Shown piece by piece: positions 21,201 through 27,889 of a stretch of DNA of 32,000 nt. Location: positions 73,446 through 105,445 of the forward strand of contig BQJU01000008.1 of assembly GCA_021604865.1 (NCBI GenBank), read 5' to 3'. A model generated the notes under the pieces. It had not been told where the DNA came from. It saw only the letters and a list, made by a program, of their open reading frames with translations, and made no database searches. How positions within the stretch are numbered: position 1 is the stretch's first letter; the number at the start of each line of letters is the position of its first letter. Both the position numbers and the translations under genes were made by a program. This DNA comes from Saprospiraceae bacterium. Lineage in GTDB: Bacteria; Bacteroidota; Bacteroidia; Chitinophagales; Saprospiraceae.

Positions 21201-21357
21201 CGACAACATTTACACCAATCAACGGTTCGCCATCCTGATCAGTAACGATCCCGCTGATCACCTGTTCCAATAGACTATCCTCTGCTGATACAAACGAGGG
21301 GTTCAGCAGGAGCATGGTAAAAAGGAAGATTAGGGAATTGGTAATTTTTCGTTTCAT
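18298..21357 (-). CDS. SusC/RagA-family TonB-dependent outer-membrane transporter
   Basis: The track ORF extends to 21456, but the plausible start is the internal ATG at 21357 (MKRKITNSLIFLFTMLLLNPSFVSA signal). It has a carboxypeptidase-regulatory-like N-domain (ISGIVTDQDGEPLIGVNVV), the plug motif DEVVVVGYGKQKK, and ends in ...VGINLGF with a C-terminal aromatic residue. Confidence 0.9.
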   Translation of the reverse strand: MKRKITNSLIFLFTMLLLNPSFVSAEDSLLEQVISGIVTDQDGEPLIGVNVVAENTAIGTATDYDGAFRLEVPDGTTNLVFTYTGYLEQVVEIKGQSTINVVMRTDVAILDEVVVVGYGKQKKSDITGAVSTVNVDEIQKIPTADVATALQGQAAGVNVAAATGAPGGNPVIRIRGLGTIGNNNPLFVIDGIPGDLSYINPADIESINVLRDASAATIYGARASNGVVIVTTKRGKTGAPRVSLNTYVATHSLTNNVEMANKAQYNQIMKEARENGGDDPLEYTLNDNQYADTDWADAYIKDAFEQKYDLGISGGTEEMSYFFSGGYFKNSGTVINTDFARYNARLNLDFKLLDGRLSIAPGIGYTRDNSNNIFEPTGGGNASFSPFLYAFSAIPHKEIYDVNSSNGFAEPDPGLGSGNPIGERSLETDQNQDDYLQFNLAAELKILEGLTYQFQFGYNTENTYNYYHLPAYSFGPQATVEDPYISETRARLNAWTLNNVLNYQNSFGEHNIGIMGGISREKSEFRSVGGVNRKLPSNSLEALSAGIGDEASFGFNSTSTLQSYFGRLNYNYGNKYFVQASLRRDGSSRFAADNKYGNFYSISLGWGLHHEDFFNVDFISEFKPRFSYGTLGNQNIGDHLFLARIASGGAQLNYPFGQEMRQEIVVGAINTSLPTPDIKWEETTTTNFGVDLGFMDDRWLLTFDYFTSKTEDMLVSVPVPATSGITTFPLTNGGEMENKGWELSTTYRQKKGDFRFDITANLSASKNKITKLGFADESFTEGYIEFVNFPTTRTEVGGEIGRFYIFQTDGIFQSQAEVDAHAIQPNAAPGDLKFVDTNSDGVLDDDDKVFFDSGLPKLEYGLTFNAYYKNFDLTLFFQGTQGNNMYNGMKMWLYRTDRIENVSADLVNAWSPTNTGSSIPRNVSTDPNSNIRPSDYFLEDGSYLRLRNLQIGYTLPTELVNKVAISKARIYISAYNLLTITDYSGFDPGISNSGLFTRGVDRGFYPLTKSFVVGINLGF

Positions 21358-21506
21358 AAAATTAGTGGTTTTAAGTTTACAATTAGCTGGAGTGGTGCAA
21401 TCGCTTAAAGGCGATAAAATAAAAATGCATAAACCGCTCCTATCGCAATCAAACATCTTGCATCTCTTGTGAATTCATAAAATAAAAATTGGATGTTTGC
21501 TCAAAT

Positions 21507-21514
21507 CAAAGGTA
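21507..21514 (-). promoter_or_regulatory. Possible Bacteroidota -7 promoter element (TAnnTTTG) upstream of susC-like gene
   Basis: The minus strand reads TACCTTTG, ~150 nt upstream of the ATG at 21357. This is a motif match only, and no convincing -33 TTTG partner was seen. Confidence 0.2.
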
Positions 21515-21665
21515 GGACCGGACTAAGCGAAAAACTGGATACTTTGCCCCTATTTGGCATCTACAACACCTCTATTTCACCTCTACATGCACAAAAAAGA
21601 TAGGCGTGATCTCTCTCTGGTCGGCAATTAGACAAGCTCTAACAAATTATTTTATCAATATTAAC

Positions 21666-21673
21666 TAGATTTG
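21666..21673 (+). promoter_or_regulatory. Possible Bacteroidota -7 promoter element (TAnnTTTG) upstream of the BNR/LamG gene
   Basis: The plus strand reads TAGATTTG, 73 nt upstream of the ATG at 21746. This is a motif match only. Confidence 0.25.
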
Positions 21674-21745
21674 ACCTTTTGCAATTAATACCCAATGCTC
21701 TCAGCGAAGTCGCACGTTTTCTTATACTTAAAAGCCTAGTTTCTC

Positions 21746-24700
21746 ATGAAAAAAATCATCTACACTTTTCCATTTATGCTGTTGCTTTGCACTGTATTTG
21801 CACAGCAAAAACCCACCCCAATTTACCTCGACCAGGATGCTCCCGAATGGGCAATTATGCTGCATGAAGAAAATCCCAATATTTGGGAAATACAGGCTGC
21901 TTATAAAACTTATTTTGCTGAGCGGGCTTTTGTTAAAAACCGCTACACGCAATTTTATAAACGGTGGATGCATTGGGCAAGGCCCTACACACAGGCAGAT
22001 GGCAGCCTCCATATTCCTTCCCCGCAAAGTGTGCTTGAAACGGAACGTTTATTACGACAAACAAGAAATGCCGAAGAGACTTCACGCGACGACATCTGGA
22101 CCTTTCAGGGGCCCAAAGTTCACTACTTCCCCGATGCTTCCGCTCAATCAGTTGATCACACCAATATCTATTCCTTCGACATTTATGCTGCCGATCCCAA
22201 TATCCTCTATGCCGGTGGCGAGGCAGGCGGATTGTGGAAAACCACGGACAAGGGGATGAACTGGGCGCTGCTCACCGCCAATATCCTGCACGATGCTTTT
22301 GGGGCTGTAAAAATCAACCCACAAAATCCTGATGTGGTTTTTGCTGCTACGCGCGGAAAGATTATCAAAACCACCAACAGTGGGACGACCTGGGAAACGG
22401 TCTACATAGAAAACAACTTATCCGTAAATGAGCTATACATACACTCCGATGATCCCGACATCGTGGTAGCTGCCAGCAATATGGGATTATTACGTAGTGA
22501 AGATGGTGGAATAAATTGGGAGAAAATTTTCATTCAAAACACCTGGAGCGTAAAAGCCAAACCCGATGATGCCAATACCATCTGGGCCATCCGGGATAAT
22601 GGCAATAGCTCTGATTTTATGGTTTCAACAGATGCAGGTGCCAGTTTTTTGGTTTCCAATACCGGCTGGTGGCAACCCACTGGCGATCGTCAGGTAACTG
22701 GGGCTATTATTGCCCCCTGCCCCTCGAATCCTTCAAAGGTTTACGCATTTCTAAGTGGTGAAGGCAATCAGCTTGGTGGCTATATTGGCGTTTTTGTTAG
22801 CAATGATGCAGGAGGCTCGTGGGCCAATACTCATCCCGGCAATGCCATCGGCCAACCTTATTCCATTCCCAACCATAGCAATTTGATGGATGCCAATGGG
22901 GTGGATTGGTTCCACCAGGGTTTTTACGATCAGGCGATAGTGGTAAATCCGCTAAATGACAATGAGCTCATTGCCGGTGGTTGTTCCTGGTTTCGCAGTA
23001 ATGATGGAGGAGCTACCTGGCAATCCTATGGCGGTTATGTCAGCAGTAGTGGCATCACCGGTGATCGCCATCCTGATATTCAATGGGCCGCTGCTGTAGG
23101 CAATGAGGTTTGGATTGCATCGGATGGTGGATTAGTGTATTCCACTAATTTTGGCCAAAGTGTTGAGGGCCGAAACTATGGTATCAGTGGTGCCGACCTT
23201 TGGGGTTTTGGCAGTGGCTGGAATGAAGACATCCTGGTGGGTGGCCGCTACCACAATGGCAATATGGCTTATCACGAAAGTTTCCCCGAAGGCACCTATT
23301 ATGCTATCGGTGGGGCTGAAGCGCCAACCGGTTATGTGAATCCTGGCCCGGAACGTAAAATATACCACTCCGATATCGGTGGTGATATTATTATCCCGGG
23401 TTTTGGCAATGGCCTGGGAGGCTTCCCGGTCAATACCTGGCCTAATGAAAGTTATGCCTACTATGCCAACTCAGAGATGGAATGGCACCCCAATTGTTGG
23501 AATATTATTTTTCTTGGAAAAGAGGATAAAATCTGGCGATCAACGGATGGCGGTACGACGTTCACCGTACTTTATGACTTTCTTGGGGGAAGCGACCATA
23601 CTGTTTTTGATATCGAAATCTCCCGCTCCAACCCCGAGGTCATGTATTGTTCACAATGGGACGGTACAGATGATGCCATTTGGAGCAGTACCGACGGTGG
23701 CGCTACCTGGGCGAGTTGTACCGCCCTACCATTGCCCAACAATAACGATCGGGTGAAGCTAGCTGTCAGTGCCGAAGACCCCGAAGTGCTTTGGGCATCT
23801 CTAAGCTACGGTTCTAATGGCAGAAAGATATATAAAACCACCAATGGCGGCAATAGCTGGACAAACCTGACTACGGCCGTTCTCGATGGCGCTCAAATCA
23901 CCAACATCATGGCACAGTATGGAACTGATGGCGGTGTATATCTGGGTACTGACAGAGGCGTTTTTTATCGGAACAACACCATGAATGACTGGCAACCTTA
24001 TAGCGATGGACTACCTCTCTCTGCAAAAACCAATCGGCTGAAACCTTTCTATAAAACCGGGCTCATCAGAAACGGCTGCTGGGGATTTGGTGTTTGGGAG
24101 GCTCCACTTTTTGAGCCGAGTGCCGTGCAAGCATTGGCTATGGCTGACAAGCTGGAATCTTTTTGTCCAACAGATACTTTCTATTTCGATGATTACTCTG
24201 TAGTGCTGCATGAAGGTGCTTCCTGGTCATGGCAATTTCCGGATGCTGAAACCATCATAGGGGCAGACACCCGTACGCCAAAGGTAGTCTTTGGTACGGC
24301 TGGTCTGAAAACGGCCATTATGACCCTGAATACACCACAAGGCGTTTTCACAGACACCTTGACCGTAATGGTCGGCGACGAATGCCATAGTCTAATCCCC
24401 GAAGCTTATCCCGGCTATGCCCTCTCTTTTGATGGAGACGATGACTATGCAATAGCCAGCGAAAATCTGGACCTCAATACCAATACGGCGACCTTTACCG
24501 CCTGGATCAAACCTATCGGCAATCAAAGCGACTGGGCAGGCATCATCTTATGCCGGGGTGGCAATACTACTGCCGGTCTTCACTTTGGTGAAAACAATGA
24601 GCTGCATTATATGTGGAATGATCAAAACTGGTGGTGGAATTCGGGATTATTTCCGCCGCTAGGGGAATGGTCACACGTGGCGATGGTGATCGAACCCACT

Positions 24701-25738
24701 CAGGCCACCCTATACCTCAATGGCATTCCCGCCGTATTTTCGACTACTCATCAAATCGAGGAATTTGATACGCCACTTGTTTTGGGTAGTGACTCCGGTT
24801 GGAATAACCGCTATTTTAATGGCTTGATGGATGAGGTTAGCATTTACAACAAAGCCCTTTCACAAAACCAGATTCGGGAGGAGATGCACCTCACCCGCAC
24901 CCATACAGACACTGATGCCTTGCTGTCTTATTATCAGTTTAACGAAACAGAAGGACTGGCTTTTGATCGGGTTGGTTTAGGATTTATCAGTTTTGGTGGC
25001 GATGCGGTTCGGGAAACTTCTACGGTGGCGGTAGGACCTGGGGTCAGCAGCCGCCTGGATGTGGTCAGTCCCGGTCCAATATCATTTGGCGAAACGGGTG
25101 TAAACATAAACTTCCCGGAAAATGGTACGCTTCCAAATGGCGAGATGGTGGTTACTCGCCTGGATATTGACCCCGACCAATACCCCAGCCCCGACACGGT
25201 GAGTACCTCGTATTGGGTGCTACATAATTTTGGTCAAAATCCGGTCTTCGATATGCCAGTCAGTCTTGAATTTACTCAGGTTGGCAATATTCCGGTTGGC
25301 ACAACTCCACTAGATTACCAGTTGCTCTCCCGTCCACCAAGAGCGGATGGGAATACCTGGCAAGTTTCCGATTATGCGGATTCATTTACCACTGGCACCA
25401 ATGGTTCGCTTACCTTTTCTGTTGACAATGGCGTGCAGGAAGCGGCACAGCTGGCCATCACCAAACCGTTGCTTGTCGGGACAACAAGGCCGGACAAACC
25501 GAAGTTGCAGGTGAATATTTCGCCCAATCCAGTGGCCTCCAATGGGGTTTTACGTGTCAAAACCAACCTCAATGGTACGGTTCGGCTTCGTTTGTTTGAT
25601 GGCAAGGGGCGGGCTATTCGGCTGGTAAAATTTGAAGGGACTACGGATTTGGCTTTGAATGATCTGGAAGCGGGCATTTATTTTTATGCGGTGGAAAACG
25701 AGGCGTTTTTGGGATATGGGAAGGTGGTGGTTTATTAG
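21746..25738 (+). CDS. Secreted BNR/Asp-box repeat (sortilin/Vps10- or GH74-like double propeller) + LamG (concanavalin-like lectin) protein with T9SS type-A C-terminal sorting domain
   Basis: 1330 aa. The signal is MKKIIYTFPFMLLLCTVFAQQ. Nine Asp-box motifs are present (TTDKGMNW, TTNSGTTW, SEDGGINW, STDAGASF, SNDAGGSW, SNDGGATW, STDGGTTF, STDGGATW, TTNGGNSW). The LamG-like block is LSFDGDDDYAIAS...FTAWIKP...WSHVAMV...LYLNG...FNGLMDEVSIYNKALS. The C-terminus ISPNPVASNGVLRVKT...LEAGIYFYAVENE...GKVVVY is typical of a T9SS CTD. Confidence 0.85.
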   Translation: MKKIIYTFPFMLLLCTVFAQQKPTPIYLDQDAPEWAIMLHEENPNIWEIQAAYKTYFAERAFVKNRYTQFYKRWMHWARPYTQADGSLHIPSPQSVLETERLLRQTRNAEETSRDDIWTFQGPKVHYFPDASAQSVDHTNIYSFDIYAADPNILYAGGEAGGLWKTTDKGMNWALLTANILHDAFGAVKINPQNPDVVFAATRGKIIKTTNSGTTWETVYIENNLSVNELYIHSDDPDIVVAASNMGLLRSEDGGINWEKIFIQNTWSVKAKPDDANTIWAIRDNGNSSDFMVSTDAGASFLVSNTGWWQPTGDRQVTGAIIAPCPSNPSKVYAFLSGEGNQLGGYIGVFVSNDAGGSWANTHPGNAIGQPYSIPNHSNLMDANGVDWFHQGFYDQAIVVNPLNDNELIAGGCSWFRSNDGGATWQSYGGYVSSSGITGDRHPDIQWAAAVGNEVWIASDGGLVYSTNFGQSVEGRNYGISGADLWGFGSGWNEDILVGGRYHNGNMAYHESFPEGTYYAIGGAEAPTGYVNPGPERKIYHSDIGGDIIIPGFGNGLGGFPVNTWPNESYAYYANSEMEWHPNCWNIIFLGKEDKIWRSTDGGTTFTVLYDFLGGSDHTVFDIEISRSNPEVMYCSQWDGTDDAIWSSTDGGATWASCTALPLPNNNDRVKLAVSAEDPEVLWASLSYGSNGRKIYKTTNGGNSWTNLTTAVLDGAQITNIMAQYGTDGGVYLGTDRGVFYRNNTMNDWQPYSDGLPLSAKTNRLKPFYKTGLIRNGCWGFGVWEAPLFEPSAVQALAMADKLESFCPTDTFYFDDYSVVLHEGASWSWQFPDAETIIGADTRTPKVVFGTAGLKTAIMTLNTPQGVFTDTLTVMVGDECHSLIPEAYPGYALSFDGDDDYAIASENLDLNTNTATFTAWIKPIGNQSDWAGIILCRGGNTTAGLHFGENNELHYMWNDQNWWWNSGLFPPLGEWSHVAMVIEPTQATLYLNGIPAVFSTTHQIEEFDTPLVLGSDSGWNNRYFNGLMDEVSIYNKALSQNQIREEMHLTRTHTDTDALLSYYQFNETEGLAFDRVGLGFISFGGDAVRETSTVAVGPGVSSRLDVVSPGPISFGETGVNINFPENGTLPNGEMVVTRLDIDPDQYPSPDTVSTSYWVLHNFGQNPVFDMPVSLEFTQVGNIPVGTTPLDYQLLSRPPRADGNTWQVSDYADSFTTGTNGSLTFSVDNGVQEAAQLAITKPLLVGTTRPDKPKLQVNISPNPVASNGVLRVKTNLNGTVRLRLFDGKGRAIRLVKFEGTTDLALNDLEAGIYFYAVENEAFLGYGKVVVY

Positions 25739-25816
25739 CGTTGTCATGATGATTGGTGTTTTGTTTTAACGTTATCTTCTTTTGATTTATGTGATAGCTT
25801 CATATACGATTTTGGT

Positions 25817-25932
25817 TTGAAAAACAATATGCATTGTGTTTGAGACGCTCGTGAACGAGAGTGGTTGGAAGGAACACAAGTCAGAGACTTGAAAACAATA
25901 CGCATTGCGTTTGAGACGCTCGCGAACGAGGG
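25817..25932. repeat. Two direct copies of a ~44-45 bp element (25817-25861 and 25889-25932) in the convergent intergenic region
   Basis: Copy 1 is ttgaaaaacaatatgcattgtgtttgagacgctcgtgaacgagag. Copy 2 is ttgaaaacaatacgcattgcgtttgagacgctcgcgaacgaggg. They differ by one indel and four substitutions, with a copy-to-copy offset of 72 bp. Each copy contains two short hairpins (AYGC-AUU-GYGU and CUCG-YGAA-CGAG). Confidence 0.85.
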
Positions 25933-25955
25933 AAATGATCGCTTGAAGGGAGCCT

Positions 25956-27575
25956 TTAAAATCCTTTCAAAAATTCGGTCAAACTGTCTTTTGTATCCAG
26001 GCCGAAGCGTTTGCGTAGGCGGTAGCGGGCCATTTCTACGGATTTGACGGAAATGTTATTGAGGGCAGCGATATCTTTATTCGAAAGTTGGAGGCGGACC
26101 TGAGCCGAAAGGCGTTTTTCGTTTTCGGTAAGGTCGGGAAATTTTTTATTCAAATTGTAGAAAAAATCCTGGTAGGCATTTTCCACATTTAGGTGGAAGT
26201 CTTCCAGGTCTTGGTTTACGGGTCGACTTTGTTCCATTTGGTGGATCAGCTTTCGCAATTCACTGGCCGTGCCGGTATTCGTTTCCTTTTCGATGGCTGA
26301 AAGGGAGTTGATAAACTGGTTGAGCATTTCATTGCGTTGGGCAATGTGCAGGGCGAAGGTAGTCAGTTCGTTGTTTTTAAAATCCAGCTTGTCTTTCAGG
26401 CTTTCCTTTTCTAGTCTAGTCTGGCGGTTTTTACTCTTTAGCTTACTGTAGGTCTGATAGCCAATAATCATCAATAAAATAATGCCAACTATGAAGCTGT
26501 AGCGAATCAGGCGGTCAATTTTTTTCTGGTTTTCGAGCAATTTGATTTCGCTTTCTTTTTTCTCAGTTTCGTACAACAATCGCATTTCTGACAAACGATT
26601 GGTTTTGTCATCAGATAACACAATATTCCGAAGGGTTGAATATTCCTTGAATGCCTCAAAAGCTTGTTTATAATCGCCTTTTGCGGCAAAAAAGCCAGCG
26701 GAGTATTCATAATTGTCCATTAGTTTTTCCTGGCTAGCTTTGGAGGTGGATTGTTCAATAAATTCTCTGGCTTTTACCAGACTCGCCTCAGCTTCTTCAA
26801 ACTGCCGGGTGCCGGTATAGGTTTTGCCCAATTGGTTCCACACTTCTGCTATTTGCAGCACTGATGAAGTTTCCTCTCTTAAGCTCAAAGCCTTTTGTAG
26901 GTGTTTAAGGGCTAATTGAAAGCTTTTTAAGGAAGAATAGGTCATGCCCAGGTTACTATGGGCGGCCGCTGCCCGGCCTTTTAAGTCATTTTCTTCAGCA
27001 ATTTCAAGGGAAAGCAGGTAATAGGATAATGCCTTTTCGTATTCCATTTTCATGGAATAGACCAGTCCCAGGCTGTTGTAGCCATAGGAAATATTGTTTT
27101 TATCATCCAGCTGGAGGTAGATATCCAATACTTTTTGGTGGTAATTCAGTGCCAGATCGGCATTTTGGATATCGTAATACAGCCACCCCAAGGTACTGAG
27201 AATGTATGCTTTGTCTGGAAGATCCCCCAGGTCTTCAAAGATTTCCAAAGCAGCCAGGCCATTTTCCAGGGCCTTATCATAAATGTCATTATACAGATAA
27301 CCGAGGCATAGGTTTTGTAGTGCCAGTGCTTCATTTTTCCGGTCTTTGTACTGGCGGGAAAGGTTTAGGGCCTGGTTTGCATAAAGGATGGCCTTGTCGG
27401 AAGCATCTTCGCTATTGGCCATAGATAGCTGGTTTAAAATACCGGCTTTATGCTCTTCCTGCTCATAGGGAAGTCTGGCTTCAAGACTGTCTGCGTTGAT
27501 TTGAGCAGATAAATCGAAACTTCCCCCCCATAGGCAAAAAATGGCAAGAATGATATGTTTGGTGCTGAGCATCAA
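25956..27575 (-). CDS. One-component transmembrane regulator: signal peptide + TPR repeats + TM helix + coiled coil + C-terminal LuxR/GerE-type HTH
   Basis: 539 aa. The N-terminus is MMLSTKHIILAIFCLWGGSFDLSAQ. Multiple TPR-like units follow (repeated ...A..Y...AL.I....GD/N... patterns). A single hydrophobic helix, YSFIVGIILLMIIGYQTY, lies near aa 360. The C-terminal LTENEKRLSAQVRLQLSNKDIAALNNISVKSVEMARYRLRKRFGL matches the LuxR-type HTH. Confidence 0.8.
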   Translation of the reverse strand: MMLSTKHIILAIFCLWGGSFDLSAQINADSLEARLPYEQEEHKAGILNQLSMANSEDASDKAILYANQALNLSRQYKDRKNEALALQNLCLGYLYNDIYDKALENGLAALEIFEDLGDLPDKAYILSTLGWLYYDIQNADLALNYHQKVLDIYLQLDDKNNISYGYNSLGLVYSMKMEYEKALSYYLLSLEIAEENDLKGRAAAAHSNLGMTYSSLKSFQLALKHLQKALSLREETSSVLQIAEVWNQLGKTYTGTRQFEEAEASLVKAREFIEQSTSKASQEKLMDNYEYSAGFFAAKGDYKQAFEAFKEYSTLRNIVLSDDKTNRLSEMRLLYETEKKESEIKLLENQKKIDRLIRYSFIVGIILLMIIGYQTYSKLKSKNRQTRLEKESLKDKLDFKNNELTTFALHIAQRNEMLNQFINSLSAIEKETNTGTASELRKLIHQMEQSRPVNQDLEDFHLNVENAYQDFFYNLNKKFPDLTENEKRLSAQVRLQLSNKDIAALNNISVKSVEMARYRLRKRFGLDTKDSLTEFLKGF

Positions 27576-27751
27576 GCTTACTTTGGTCAGGCTGCATTAT
27601 ACAATAGGGTGAAATTAAAAAATATTTGTGGGGAGAGGGTGGTTTGGTGGGATTTTGGGTTCAGAAGTGTTTTGTCGTTAGCTGATCCCGATGCTACTTT
27701 CTGAAAGCGATCGGGGTCAACGAACGATCATTTTTGGTTTCTAAGTTCATA

Positions 27752-27880
27752 TTTGGAGGCCAACCATACGCTTGCGCTGAAGCTTTCTCCGGGCGTCTTC
27801 GCCAGAAGGCTTCGACCTCGCGCCGTCGTCGAAGCCTTTGGCGCAGACGCCCGGGGAACGGCGATGCAAAGCCGACCTCC
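27752..27880. repeat. 129-bp GC-rich nested imperfect palindrome immediately 3' of the vWA gene (possible strong terminator/insulator or MITE/REP-like element)
   Basis: Inner arms: 27789-27816 (ccgggcgtcttcgccagaaggcttcgac) against the reverse complement of 27828-27854 (ccgggcgtctgcgccaaaggcttcgac), with one mismatch, a 1-nt bulge and an 11-nt loop. Outer arms: 27752-27759 tttggagg pairs with 27873-27880 cctccaaa. The element is visibly more GC-rich than its surroundings. It generates two mirror-image spurious ORFs in the track. Confidence 0.8.
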
Positions 27881-27889
27881 AAACATGAA

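Noticed and set aside
21358-21456. The N-terminal 33-codon extension of the susC ORF (MFDCDRSGLCIFILSPLSDCTTPANCKLKTTNF).
   Set aside because: The extension precedes a textbook signal peptide that starts at the internal Met (21357), and it has no signal-like features of its own. It was treated as 5' leader rather than coding.
25817-25932. Whether the duplicated 44-bp element is a minimal CRISPR array.
   Set aside because: There are only two copies, they are imperfect (~89% identity), and the intervening segment is 27 nt. No cas genes or leader are in the window.
27630-27659. A G-quadruplex-like motif, GGGG-AGA-GGG-TGGTTTGGT-GGG-ATTTT-GGG, upstream of the regulator gene.
   Set aside because: It is a single loose match with a 9-nt loop in an otherwise ordinary promoter-proximal spacer. 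There is no independent evidence of function.
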